This document shows, piece by piece, positions 17,607 to 29,958 of a stretch of DNA of 64,000 nucleotides. Below the pieces are notes generated by a model, which worked only from the letters and a program-made list of their open reading frames with translations, was not told where the DNA came from and searched no databases. The position numbers were made by a program, and so were the translations under genes. Origin of the DNA: a candidate division WOR-3 bacterium (lineage in GTDB: Bacteria; Hydrothermota; Tepidihabitantia; Tepidihabitantales; Tepidihabitantaceae); the NCBI GenBank assembly GCA_965648905.1, contig CBFGIT010000014.1, positions 1-64,000 of the forward strand. The letters are read 5' to 3'. Each line of letters opens with the position of its first letter. Positions within the stretch are counted from its first letter, which is position 1.

Positions 17607-19142
17607 TTACCGCATCAGGCAGGGGTTGAGGGTTACAGCCCGCTCCAGAGCCTGGACCGCTTTCTGGACCATCCCTTTGTCGCGGTAGGCGATGCCGAGG
17701 TTGTGCCAGGCACCGAAGTGGCGTGGGTTGAGTTGGACTGCTTTGCGGTAGCAACTGATTGAACCGTCGAGGTCGTGTTTCTCGTAGTAAGCGCGCCCCA
17801 TGTTGTAGCGGGCCGGCGCAAAGCCAGGTTCGATCCGGCAGACCTCGCGGTAGGCGGCAATCGCTTGGTCGTACTGGCGTTGTTCGAGCAGCAGGTTGCC
17901 GAGGTTGAAACGGGCCTGATAGTAGTCAGGTCTGATGGCGGTCGCCCGCTCAAAAGCGGCCTGTGCCTTGGCCGGGCTGTCCATGTTCGCATAGGCGAGT
18001 CCGAGGTTGTTGGCGGCCTCGGCATAGTCGGGTCTCAGCTCAAGTGCCCGTTTGAATGCCCCGATTGCCTTGGGCCAGTGCTTCATCATTGCGTAGGCGT
18101 TGCCTTCGCAGTACCATGCTTCAGCCAGGTCCGGAGCGATGGCGTGAGCCTTGTGCAGTGCCTTGATTGCCTCGCGCGGTGCTTCCCGCCGCAGGTGGCA
18201 CATCGCGATGCTCACATATACACCAGACGAATCGGGCCGGAGCGCGAGTGAACGCTGGTACAGCTCGATCGCCTTGTCCCAGCGGCTCTGGGCAAACAGA
18301 TAGGTTCCGAGGCTGGCGTAGTACAGGGCAGTGAGATCGCGTCGGTCGAGTCGCTCGCCCGCGGTGGTCGACGCGAGCGAGAGTGGTGCTGGGTCGAGCA
18401 GCTCCCAGCAGACGAGCCGGCCGCAGACGTCCACCTCAAGACGCAGGATATCGTTTCTGGTCAGATAGCCGACCCGGAACCCCAACCGATTGATGATGAT
18501 GGAGTCGAGGATTGCCAGACCCAGCGAGTTACCGGCGCCGGCACGGCTGTCGGCATAGCTGTCAATGACCTGGGTGAGTAGGAAGTCGGGTGAGACACGG
18601 CCGGGCTTCAAGGCCCAGAGCGAGCGTCGAACCTCAAGCAGCAGCCCGAGCTGGGCGTCGAACCCGCGCTCGCCTGAGCGGACGCGGGCCAAGTGGCTCA
18701 AAGCCAGAAGAATCGGGGCGGAACCGACCACCCGGGTCCAGACGGAGTCGAGTTTGTGCGCGTAGGAGAGAATGCTGTCCGGGGCGTGAATGCCTGATGC
18801 ACTGAGCAGGCCAAATGCCAGCGCCGTTGCGGTGTCGAACTCACGTTCAATCTCATCCATTGCCGCGACCAGCCGTTCGGCCGAGGCGGCGATGCGCCGT
18901 GGCTGAAAGTCCGAGCAGGCGAGGATTTCAGCGAACCGTTCGGCAAGCGACCCAGGCAAGATGCCCTGCGCACGGCGGGTCAAGTTGTCGTGTTGAGTGG
19001 TACTCAGGACGAGTTCGCCGGCCTGCTCCTGTTTGAGCTGGGCTTCGGCGCGGCGCCGGCTGGCCTCAAGCGCACGCGCCAAGGCGCTCGGTTCAGACGC
19101 GCCCCGGGCGTTGTTTTGGGCAGAGCTGTCTAGCCGTTCCAT
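17607..19142 (-). CDS. TPR repeat protein with an N-terminal SirB1/transglutaminase-like region
   Basis: About 7 TPRs (AWHNLGIAY, ARYNMGRAY); LTQVID...GNSLGLAIL segment. Confidence 0.8.
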   Translation of the reverse strand: MERLDSSAQNNARGASEPSALARALEASRRRAEAQLKQEQAGELVLSTTQHDNLTRRAQGILPGSLAERFAEILACSDFQPRRIAASAERLVAAMDEIEREFDTATALAFGLLSASGIHAPDSILSYAHKLDSVWTRVVGSAPILLALSHLARVRSGERGFDAQLGLLLEVRRSLWALKPGRVSPDFLLTQVIDSYADSRAGAGNSLGLAILDSIIINRLGFRVGYLTRNDILRLEVDVCGRLVCWELLDPAPLSLASTTAGERLDRRDLTALYYASLGTYLFAQSRWDKAIELYQRSLALRPDSSGVYVSIAMCHLRREAPREAIKALHKAHAIAPDLAEAWYCEGNAYAMMKHWPKAIGAFKRALELRPDYAEAANNLGLAYANMDSPAKAQAAFERATAIRPDYYQARFNLGNLLLEQRQYDQAIAAYREVCRIEPGFAPARYNMGRAYYEKHDLDGSISCYRKAVQLNPRHFGAWHNLGIAYRDKGMVQKAVQALERAVTLNPCLMR

Positions 19143-19302
19143 TGGCTTCCCTGATTACTTCGAATTGTCCTTCCCTTAATAATTGTATCCGAGGCCGCGC
19201 CGAAGTCAAAAGAAGGCGAACAGAGGGGCGTGAGGCCGCCTTCCGAATGGCAGAGACCGAGCGGCAGGCGTTCTGACGCGCTGAGTGGGTCTTGACACTC
19301 AT

Positions 19303-19331
19303 TTGACAGCGGGCGAAGTCTCTGCTATAAT
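19303..19331 (+). promoter_or_regulatory. Consensus sigma70 promoter
   Basis: TTGACA-17-TATAAT; SD GGAGGAG before ATG 19380. Confidence 0.8.
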
Positions 19332-19379
19332 TAGCGCGCTGAGACTTCAGGTCCCGGAAGGACCTGGGGAGGAGTAACA

Positions 19380-22300
19380 ATGCGCAGAGAGAAAGTGGTG
19401 GCGACAGCTTTGCTGCTGTCGGCCGTCGCCGTTCTTGGTGCGTCGGTCGGTCAGCATCGCGGTTCGCCCGGTTACAGCACGTCAACGCTCTGGGGTCTGG
19501 GCGGGCTGTTTGGGAGGTGGACCCCGGCGGACGAGGTAGTTTCACTTCGCACCGAATGCTCGAAGACGTTCGACAATCACGACGGCACCTACTCGCTCGT
19601 GCTGAGCGGTCCGGTTCATCGTCTGGGGCGGACCGGCGAGTGGGAGGAGTTCCCGGTGCCGGAATCGAGCTACGGAACCGATTCGTACGACACGGTACGC
19701 ATCGGCACCAACCCCGGCTATGACCCGATTATCTGGGCCGCCGGGTACCCCTATTTCCGGGTGCAGTTCATCTATTTGAGCTCGGAACTGCAGTTCAACG
19801 GCCACATCGTGGGTCTGGGGTTCTATGGCGATGGCCAGGCCGTGGGCGGGGACACCATCAATCGCGCCCGGCACTGGCTCAAGGACGTGGGCTACAGCAC
19901 GTTCGGCTCCGATAACTGGGATGACCCGGGCACACCGGTCTGGGGTGAGGGCACGCTGTACCTGCCCGAGGATAGCAACTGGGTCAGACTTCCCCTGCAG
20001 CAGTCGTACACGCATATTCACGGCAACAATCTGCTTGTCTCCTACTGGCACAAGGACGGCACCGTCGAGCGCGCCCAGTGGTATCGTTTCCACGAGCTGA
20101 ACGCAGACCGGGGCAAGCGGGGCCGCGACAATACCGATTCGATTCCAACCATGATTCGAATTCGCACCCGCCCCAACATCGAAATCGTCTACATTCCCAT
20201 CTACCCGGACATGCAGACTGTCTCAGTCCTCGGACCGAAGGACACGGTCGTCTCCGGGCAGACCTATACGCCTCAGGCCGTGGTGCGCAACAATGGTCCA
20301 GTTCCAGCGGTCCGCTTTGACGTGAAGCTTGACATCAGCGGCGGCTACAGCAAGACGCGGTCGTATGCTGACTGGCCGGTCAGTTCCCAGCAGACCCTCA
20401 GCTTCGACAACTGGACTGCTTCGAATCTGGGCATTTTTTCGACTCGCTGCTCGGTCCGGCTCAACTACGACTCGGTGGCGACAAACAACAAGGTCGAGGT
20501 CGATGGTCTTGTGCGGCGGCTCGATGTTCAGGTAGTCGACCTGATTGCACCGCCGGCCGAGGTTGACTCAGGTCAGGAGTGCATGCCGAGTGCCAAGGTC
20601 AGAAATAACGGGAATACCACCGTCAGTTTCGACGTGCGCTACATTGTCCAGGGTGGCTATGTCCGCACGCAGACTGTGGACGCACTCGCACCGGAAGAGG
20701 AGCGAGTGGTCGTGTTTGACCCGTGGACCGCGGCCACGCGCGGGGCGCTGACGGCGCGGTGCACCACGATGCTGGCCGGCGACCAGAATCAGTCGAACAA
20801 CCGTCTCTCCCGCAGCGTATTCGTGCGCGTGTTCGATGTCGTGCCGGTCGTCATTACCGCACCCCCGCCTTTGGTGGACTCGGGCCAGTTGCTCGCGCCG
20901 CTGGCGGTCGTGCGTAACAACGGTAACACGACTGCGAGTTTCGGTGTACGGTTCGACATCGAGGACGGCTACTCCGATACCCGAAGCGTGAACCTGGGGC
21001 CAGGAGCACAGACCTCGGTTCTGTTTGCCGGGTGGACTGCTTCGAGACGGGGTACTCTTGTGACCCGTTGCACAACCATGTTCACCGGCGACATGGTCAA
21101 CGGCAATGACAATCTGAATGGCTCGGTCACGATTGCAGTTCACGACGTCGGGATTTCGAGCGTAGTTACACCCTGCGGGCAGATTCCCTGTGGTTTGGTG
21201 ATACCCGAAGTACGTCTGAGCAACAACGGCACAACCCGGAAACCCGTAGATGTCACGTTGTCAATCACTGCCAACCCGCCGTACTTCCGGCAGGTCCACT
21301 GCCCGGACGGGTTGCCGACGGGCGAGGACACGGTGGTGACCTTCCCGGAATGGCTGGCGCTGCCCGGCAGTTACGTGCTCCGTTGCTCGACGTTCATGGA
21401 GCGGGACCAGGTCAGCACGAACGACACGGTCAGCATGGCTCTGGAGGTCAGGACGGTGGACGTCGCGGTGATGGCGATTGTCGCGCCCGCGGGTCAGATT
21501 GAGACCGCCATGGTCATCAGGCCGACGGCCCGGGTCGCCAATCTCGGGGGGCAGGCGGCAACCTTTGAGGTCTGGTTCCGGATTGACTCGATGGGCGAGC
21601 CGGTCTACTCCCGTAACATGCTCGTCAAGGACCTGGTCCAAGGAGGGGAGACGCTGCTGTTGTTCGATACCTGGCCGAAGCCGCATCGGTACGGGATGTA
21701 TGCGACTTCATGTTCGGTCTACGTCGTCAACGACCAGCAGCCGGGCAACGACCGGTTAACCGGCTGGTTCTTTGTGGTCAAACACGCGCAGCGTTACGGC
21801 TGGCGCAGCCGGACCGACATTCCGGCGCTGCCATCGAACCGACCCGCGGGCAAGGGCGCCTGGCTTGCCTTTGACCCGCAGACCGAGCTCGTCTACGGGG
21901 CCAAGGGGAACAAGTCCCGCGAGGTGCATTCCTACGACCCGGACGCAGACAACTGGAAGCAGCTCAGCCCGGTCCCGACCGGCCGCGAGGGCAAGCCTTT
22001 CGGCAAGGGCGCGGTTGCCTGCGGCGACGGGCAGGGGATGATATATGTGACCAAGGGCGGCAACACCAGCGGCTTCTGGCGCTACAGTACAACAACCGAT
22101 TCCTGGCAACAGCTTGCCGACGTTCCGCTCGGCACGACTCGACTGAAGGTCAAGGAGGGTTCGGGGCTGGTCTTCACCGACGCGAACCGGGCTGAGGAAT
22201 CGAGGGATCCTGAAGACAGTGGGCTGCTCGACGGGCGGTCGCATGGTCTTGGCGTTCCGACCGCGGCACCCGGATTCGTCTATCTGCTCAAAGGCCAGAA

Positions 22301-23132
22301 GGGTGACTTCCTCCGATACAATACGCTTAGCGACTCATGGGAGGCCGGTCTTACCCCGGCACCCAGTCAGGCCGGCAGATGGGCGGCCGGTTCCTGGCTG
22401 GTGTCCGACCGCGCCGCGAACATCTTTGCACACAAGGCCAAGGGGCACATGCTGTATCGGTATGACGTCGATGCCAATGTCTGGTTGGAGATGGCGAGCG
22501 GCATGCCACTCTTAAGTCGCTGGACCGGAAAGGCGAAGAAGTCCAAGGATGGCGGCTGCGCGGCGTGGCTCGACCAGTCGGTGTACTGCCTGAAGGGCGG
22601 CAACACCCAGGAGTTCTGGGAGTACCGGCCGGCGAAAGACTCCTGGTACGAGCTCGACACGATGCCGTCGGTCGGGACATCGGCCAGGCGCAAGCGGGTC
22701 AAGGCAGGCGCGGCCATGGTCGGTCTGCGCGGACTGATCTATGCCCTGAAAGGCAACAAGACTACCGAGTTCTGGATGTATGTGTTTCCACCTGAGAGCC
22801 TGAGCGCACTCGGTCCAGCGCGGCACGACGGGGTTGCAGCCGGCAGTCGGAATCCAGAACGCGGAGTGCAGAGCGCCGAGTGCGGGTTCAGTGTCGGGCC
22901 GAACCCGCCGGCCAGCGGTATCGTACGGGTCAGCTACCGGCTGGCCGGCCCTGAGAAGGTGACGGTGCAGGTTCTTGATCCGGCCGGTCGCGTGTACTTG
23001 CGGCAGACCCGGTCGCTGGGGCAGCTCGGCAGCTTCGACGTTGACCTGCGCGGTCTGGGGGCAGGAGTCTGTTTGATCCAGATGCGTTCTTCGAGCGGCA
23101 CAAGCACTGCCAAACTGGTCCTGCAGCGCTAG
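19380..23132 (+). CDS. Secreted CARDB-repeat/Kelch protein with T9SS-type C-terminal domain (paralogue of 12640-16398)
   Basis: Signal peptide; same repeat architecture; shared KSKDGG and LKGGNTQEFW segments; ends KLVLQR. Confidence 0.85.
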   Translation: MRREKVVATALLLSAVAVLGASVGQHRGSPGYSTSTLWGLGGLFGRWTPADEVVSLRTECSKTFDNHDGTYSLVLSGPVHRLGRTGEWEEFPVPESSYGTDSYDTVRIGTNPGYDPIIWAAGYPYFRVQFIYLSSELQFNGHIVGLGFYGDGQAVGGDTINRARHWLKDVGYSTFGSDNWDDPGTPVWGEGTLYLPEDSNWVRLPLQQSYTHIHGNNLLVSYWHKDGTVERAQWYRFHELNADRGKRGRDNTDSIPTMIRIRTRPNIEIVYIPIYPDMQTVSVLGPKDTVVSGQTYTPQAVVRNNGPVPAVRFDVKLDISGGYSKTRSYADWPVSSQQTLSFDNWTASNLGIFSTRCSVRLNYDSVATNNKVEVDGLVRRLDVQVVDLIAPPAEVDSGQECMPSAKVRNNGNTTVSFDVRYIVQGGYVRTQTVDALAPEEERVVVFDPWTAATRGALTARCTTMLAGDQNQSNNRLSRSVFVRVFDVVPVVITAPPPLVDSGQLLAPLAVVRNNGNTTASFGVRFDIEDGYSDTRSVNLGPGAQTSVLFAGWTASRRGTLVTRCTTMFTGDMVNGNDNLNGSVTIAVHDVGISSVVTPCGQIPCGLVIPEVRLSNNGTTRKPVDVTLSITANPPYFRQVHCPDGLPTGEDTVVTFPEWLALPGSYVLRCSTFMERDQVSTNDTVSMALEVRTVDVAVMAIVAPAGQIETAMVIRPTARVANLGGQAATFEVWFRIDSMGEPVYSRNMLVKDLVQGGETLLLFDTWPKPHRYGMYATSCSVYVVNDQQPGNDRLTGWFFVVKHAQRYGWRSRTDIPALPSNRPAGKGAWLAFDPQTELVYGAKGNKSREVHSYDPDADNWKQLSPVPTGREGKPFGKGAVACGDGQGMIYVTKGGNTSGFWRYSTTTDSWQQLADVPLGTTRLKVKEGSGLVFTDANRAEESRDPEDSGLLDGRSHGLGVPTAAPGFVYLLKGQKGDFLRYNTLSDSWEAGLTPAPSQAGRWAAGSWLVSDRAANIFAHKAKGHMLYRYDVDANVWLEMASGMPLLSRWTGKAKKSKDGGCAAWLDQSVYCLKGGNTQEFWEYRPAKDSWYELDTMPSVGTSARRKRVKAGAAMVGLRGLIYALKGNKTTEFWMYVFPPESLSALGPARHDGVAAGSRNPERGVQSAECGFSVGPNPPASGIVRVSYRLAGPEKVTVQVLDPAGRVYLRQTRSLGQLGSFDVDLRGLGAGVCLIQMRSSSGTSTAKLVLQR

Positions 23133-23141
23133 ACTCCGAAG

Positions 23142-23172
23142 GCGGGGACACGATGACGAATCGTGTCCCCGC
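23142..23172 (+). terminator. Hairpin after CDS
   Basis: GCGGGGACACGAT / ATCGTGTCCCCGC inverted repeat. Confidence 0.7.
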
Positions 23173-23367
23173 TGCCGGCGCAGCGGTGAACAAACTTCTG
23201 TCGCGCCGGGCGTGTGTTCGTTGCCCAAGGGTTCCTTGAGGTCTCCAAGACTTGAGATTGACAATCGCTGCCGAACGACTAAGCTTGATGACAGGCGCGG
23301 ACGGAGCCAGCCCTGCTGGCCGACGCGCAGGCAGAAAAGCAACAAAAAAGCCATGGAGGAGGCACCC

Positions 23368-25488
23368 ATGAAGAAGAGCATCATGGTGATTGCCCTGATG
23401 CTTGTCGCCGGGCTGGCTTTGGCCGCCCGCGGCCCGGCGCAGCTACCGAGTCCGGAAATGCCGGGCGGCCCTGAGCTGTCGGTGCGCCGGGGCGAGGTTG
23501 TGCTTGAGCCGTGGGCCGGGCAACTCGAACCGGTGGACAATCCGGACGAGACCCTGCGCTACGACGGCGGCAACTACAACGGCATCGGATTGACGCGCGG
23601 CGGCACTTATCGTGGAGCGGTCCGCTTCACGCCCGTGGCGACCTGCACGGTCAAGGCGATTCTATTCTATCAGCGCGACGCATCCCAGAACGAATACGTG
23701 TTCGTGTTTGCCGAAGACAACGATACCAACCCGGGTGGAATCCTCGATTCCGCACCCTATACCGGCAGCGGCTCGATGCAGTGGAAGCGCATCAACCTGC
23801 CTAATCGGCCGGTGGTGATGGCGGGCAGCGACTTCTGGGCCTGCGTACGTGTCACCCACGACTCGGGCGCGTTTCCACTGGGAACCGATTCCGGGCCGAT
23901 GGTGCCGAACCGCGGCGGGTTCATCTCGACCGGCGCGGGCTGGCGCCAGTTGCTCGGTTCGGGTCTTAACTACAACTGGAACGTGCGGGCGATTGTCGCG
24001 GGCGTCCCGGGACAGGCGAATGACGTCGGCGTCACCCGAGTGCTCTCTCCGGCAACGTCGGTGCCGCCTGGCACGTATCAGCCCAAGGCGCGGATTGTCA
24101 ACTTCGGCACCACGCCGGTGAGCAATATTCCGGTGACCTGCTGGATAGACTCAGCCGGACAGCACATCTATGACCAGAGCACGAGTTTCACCGGCCCGCT
24201 TCAGCCCGGCGGCCGGACCGAGGTTACCTTTCCGAACTGGGTAACCGGGCCGGCCCGCAACACGTACACGGTCCGGATGTTCACGAGCCTGAGCGGGGAC
24301 CCGGTACCGGCCAATGATACGGCCACGCAGGTAACGAACACCGTGTCAGTTCTGCCGTTTGCTGACCATGACACCGGCAACTGCCGATTGACTGTGACCT
24401 GCTTCGGTGCGATCGGTCATGATGTTCCGTCGGACGCGGGCAGCGGGTTCAAGTGGCCCAAGACCAGCGCGGACTGGCTGTACTTCGGCTCGCTCGCGAT
24501 TTCCAACTCCCCGGACTACGTTGTTGATCACTACTACTCAAACCCGCCCACGAATCCGCCGAACAATGACTTCCGGCCGGTGGACAGCGTCGCGCCGGTT
24601 GTACCGCCCGTGCATGCAGACCAGCATTTCCGGGCCTCGTACTCGGACGCTTCGCATCCGACCCCGAAGGGCATCAAGGTGACTCAGAACAGCTACGCAA
24701 CCGCCATGCCCTACTACAAGAACAGCGTGGTGATGGTTTTCGACATCGAAAACCAGGGGTCGGCTCCGGTCAACGGCCTGTATGCCGGGACCTTCACTGA
24801 CTTCGACATGGGCACGAGCAACCAGGTGACCACGGTTGCGGACACGGTGCGGCGGATTGTGGTAATGCGTCAGTCAACGACGGCGAATCCGTCGATCGGC
24901 GTCAAGATTCTGGAGCCCGAGTCATGGCGGAATCTGACTTCGATTGACCACAACATCTGGGTCTACCCGGACTCCTGCGTCACCGACAACCAGAAACACC
25001 GTTTCCTGAGCGGAGCGATTGTCAACCGGAATTCTAACCGGGCGTTCGATTGGTCAACGGTGACCTCAGTTGGGCCGTTTGACCTGGGTGTCGGTGAGAC
25101 TTATCGGTTCGCCGTGGCACTCTGCGGTGGCACGAGCGAGGCGGATTGCCGCGCCAATGCCGACAGCGTCCAGTCGTGGTACGACCGCGGCATGCCGGTC
25201 GGACTGGTAGAGAACCTCGCGCCGGCCAAGACCGGTGCGGTGGTCACGGTCGGTCCGAGTCTGTTCCGACGAAGGACGTCCATTGACTACGTCTGCCGCA
25301 GCGCGGGCAACCTGACGGTCGAAGCCTACGACGCGGCCGGACGACTGGTGGACCGGCAGACCCTGGCGGTGCGGCCTGGAGCCGGACGCTACGTCTGGCA
25401 GCCGGGCACCCTGGCCGCAGGAATCTACTTCCTCAACGTCAGGACGCCGGACAGCGAAAGCCTAACCAAGGTCCTGCTCGTCGAGTAG
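23368..25488 (+). CDS. Secreted protein with CARDB-like and T9SS-type C-terminal domains
   Basis: SD GGAGGAGG before MKKSIMVIALML signal peptide; YDAAGR...AAGIYF...KVLLVE C-terminus. Confidence 0.8.
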   Translation: MKKSIMVIALMLVAGLALAARGPAQLPSPEMPGGPELSVRRGEVVLEPWAGQLEPVDNPDETLRYDGGNYNGIGLTRGGTYRGAVRFTPVATCTVKAILFYQRDASQNEYVFVFAEDNDTNPGGILDSAPYTGSGSMQWKRINLPNRPVVMAGSDFWACVRVTHDSGAFPLGTDSGPMVPNRGGFISTGAGWRQLLGSGLNYNWNVRAIVAGVPGQANDVGVTRVLSPATSVPPGTYQPKARIVNFGTTPVSNIPVTCWIDSAGQHIYDQSTSFTGPLQPGGRTEVTFPNWVTGPARNTYTVRMFTSLSGDPVPANDTATQVTNTVSVLPFADHDTGNCRLTVTCFGAIGHDVPSDAGSGFKWPKTSADWLYFGSLAISNSPDYVVDHYYSNPPTNPPNNDFRPVDSVAPVVPPVHADQHFRASYSDASHPTPKGIKVTQNSYATAMPYYKNSVVMVFDIENQGSAPVNGLYAGTFTDFDMGTSNQVTTVADTVRRIVVMRQSTTANPSIGVKILEPESWRNLTSIDHNIWVYPDSCVTDNQKHRFLSGAIVNRNSNRAFDWSTVTSVGPFDLGVGETYRFAVALCGGTSEADCRANADSVQSWYDRGMPVGLVENLAPAKTGAVVTVGPSLFRRRTSIDYVCRSAGNLTVEAYDAAGRLVDRQTLAVRPGAGRYVWQPGTLAAGIYFLNVRTPDSESLTKVLLVE

Positions 25489-25510
25489 CTCATTTCGTTG
25501 CGCAGTTCAA

Positions 25511-25536
25511 CGGGGCGCCCGTTTGCGGGCGCCCCG
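25511..25536. terminator. Hairpin between convergent genes
   Basis: CGGGGCGCCCG / CGGGCGCCCCG. Confidence 0.7.
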
Positions 25537-25571
25537 GATGTTGAATTGGCAGCGCGGTCGGAACCTGGGAG

Positions 25572-26246
25572 CTAGCGAAGCGAGTCGGCGATGATAAGGA
25601 CGTGCGGCATCGTCCAGCCGGATTCGAGGCCCTTCTCGTCCCGGGCTTGAGCCTGGATGAGATACTCGCCGGGCAGAGTCCAAGCATGGGTGAAGGTAGC
25701 TTCGGTGTTCTCAGGTATCAGGTCGCTCCAGGCAGTTGTATCGCCGTCACCCCAGTCCGTCCGGTAGCGGATGCGGTCGCGATTCGGGTCGGTTGTGACG
25801 GTGGTGAAGCTGTAGACCGAGTCAACCAGACCGGAGTCCGGACCAGCCGGCGTGGTCGGCGTACCCGGTGCGAGGTTGACCGTATCTTCAATCGTGATCT
25901 CGTGCCAGTTGGACCAGAGCGAGAGCGCACTCTTCTTGTCCCGGGCTCGAGCCGAGACCTTGTATTCGCGCGCCGTCGCCCAGATATGCTCGAGCGTGAC
26001 GGTGTCGCCCGAGCGGAACGGCTCAGTCCAGTCCGCGGTGTCGCCGTCGTCCCAGTCCACTCGCACCGACACCGGGTCGAAGTCAGGGTCGCGGGCGGTG
26101 ACCTTGAAGCGACAGGGCGTGCCCACCCGGCTGAGACTCGGTCCTGATGGCGGCGGCGGCGTGTCGGGGTGGAGGTTCCGGGCGCAGCCAGCCGCAAGGA
26201 ACAGACTCACCGCCGACAGAAGCAGAGAGCATCTCCTGCACGTCAT
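25572..26246 (-). CDS. Lipoprotein with two PKD-like domains
   Basis: Lipobox LAAGC; two DP..D...DWGDG...H.W...Y...ARD repeats; leaderless promoter at 26280-26253. Confidence 0.8.
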   Translation of the reverse strand: MTCRRCSLLLSAVSLFLAAGCARNLHPDTPPPPSGPSLSRVGTPCRFKVTARDPDFDPVSVRVDWDDGDTADWTEPFRSGDTVTLEHIWATAREYKVSARARDKKSALSLWSNWHEITIEDTVNLAPGTPTTPAGPDSGLVDSVYSFTTVTTDPNRDRIRYRTDWGDGDTTAWSDLIPENTEATFTHAWTLPGEYLIQAQARDEKGLESGWTMPHVLIIADSLR

Positions 26247-26341
26247 GAAAATATGCTAGGCGGTGGGGCCGGGAAGTCAAGTCCAGCCGCTTCTTCTGAC
26301 CATCGGCTTGACTGGGGAACGAGGTTTGTCTAAAGTGGGAT

Positions 26342-28635
<2,294 letters not shown>

Positions 28636-28654
28636 ATCGACCGCACCGAAGCAC

Positions 28655-28678
28655 GACCGCCCCGGTAACGGGGCGGTC
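28655..28678. terminator. Hairpin between convergent genes
   Basis: GACCGCCCCG / CGGGGCGGTC. Confidence 0.7.
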
Positions 28679-28695
28679 AATGCTGTTGCGGGTAG

Positions 28696-29934
28696 CTATC
28701 TTACGCCGTAGCCGCCGCCCTGGCCGAAGCTGGTGAGAATTGACATGTAAGGCATGATAATGGCGATAATCAGGAAGATGGCGCCGATGCCCATCATTCC
28801 GATCATCACCGGTTCGATCATGCCGGTCAGGTTCTTGACCGCGTATTCAACTTCGCTGTCGTAGTAGTCGGAGACCTGCTTGAGCATGTCATCCAAGGCT
28901 CCCGACTCCTCGCCGGTCGCCACCATCTGGACGACCATTGCCGGGAACACGCCGATTTCCCGCATCGGAGCGGCAAGCCCGCGTCCCCGGCGTACGCTCT
29001 CGGCCAGCTTCTCCACGGCACCAGCCATGTAGACGTTGCCGACGGTCTTCGAGACGAGGCCCAGGCTACGCAGAATCGGCAGCCCGGTACGGTCGAGGGT
29101 CTCGAACATTCGGGCGAACCGCGATAGAGCCATCTTGTAGATGATCGGCCCGAAGATGGGAATCCGAAACTTGAGTCGGTCCCACCAGAGCCGGCCGGCC
29201 GGGGTCCGGATGAACAGGTAGAAGAGGACGGCTACGCCCGCAGCGAGGAGGGCGATGACGTACCAGAACTTGCTCATGAAGTCGGTTACGGCAATCAGGA
29301 TTTGGGTTGGCAGCGGCATCTTGCCGCCGACCGTGGTCAGCAGTTGGGTGAACTTGGGCAAGACAAACGTCGCCAGTACGATAACGGCGACGACGAAGCC
29401 GACCATGAGGATGATTGGGTAGCGCATCGCCGAGCCGACGTCGGATTTGAGCTTGCGTTCGTGCTCAAGGAGCATGACCAGCCGGTCGAGGATGTCGTCA
29501 AGTACACCGCCCGTCTCTCCGGCCCAGATCGAGTTGACGTAGAGCTCGCCGAACACGCGCGGGTGTTTGGCCATGGCGGCGGACAGGGCCGCACCGCCCA
29601 TCAGGTCCTTGCGGATCATGTCCAGTGCCTTGGACAAAGGCTTGGACTTGGTCTGGGCCTGGAGCGCGCCGATAGCCGAGAGCATCGGCAGACCGGCACG
29701 GTGCAGGGTGACGAACTGGCGGGTGAAGTTGATCAGGTCAACCGGCTTCACCCGTTCAAAGAAACGGGCGAAGTCGACTCCCACCCCGCCACCGGCTTTC
29801 TGCTCGCGGATGGTGATTGGCACATAGCCGAGGGTATCGAGCTTATCGACAACTCCGGCGAGGTCGGTTCCCTCGAGTGTGCCGGAGATTATCTGGCCTT
29901 CTTTGTCCCGGACCTTGTATTGAAAAAGTGGCAT
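28696..29934 (-). CDS. Type II secretion/type IV pilus platform protein (GspF/PilC family)
   Basis: FTRQFVTL..AGLP, GETGG.LD, AMRYP, QMVATGEESGALDDML, IEP. Confidence 0.92.
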   Translation of the reverse strand: MPLFQYKVRDKEGQIISGTLEGTDLAGVVDKLDTLGYVPITIREQKAGGGVGVDFARFFERVKPVDLINFTRQFVTLHRAGLPMLSAIGALQAQTKSKPLSKALDMIRKDLMGGAALSAAMAKHPRVFGELYVNSIWAGETGGVLDDILDRLVMLLEHERKLKSDVGSAMRYPIILMVGFVVAVIVLATFVLPKFTQLLTTVGGKMPLPTQILIAVTDFMSKFWYVIALLAAGVAVLFYLFIRTPAGRLWWDRLKFRIPIFGPIIYKMALSRFARMFETLDRTGLPILRSLGLVSKTVGNVYMAGAVEKLAESVRRGRGLAAPMREIGVFPAMVVQMVATGEESGALDDMLKQVSDYYDSEVEYAVKNLTGMIEPVMIGMMGIGAIFLIIAIIMPYMSILTSFGQGGGYGVR

Positions 29935-29958
29935 TGGTCTTTTTCTCCTCGGGGTTCG

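Noticed and set aside
23212..23367. Longer start for the 23368 secreted protein (similarly 26707 gyrB, 31886 peptidase, 37429 thiC, 62896 regulator)
   Set aside because: SD sequences, signal peptides or family N-termini point to later starts.
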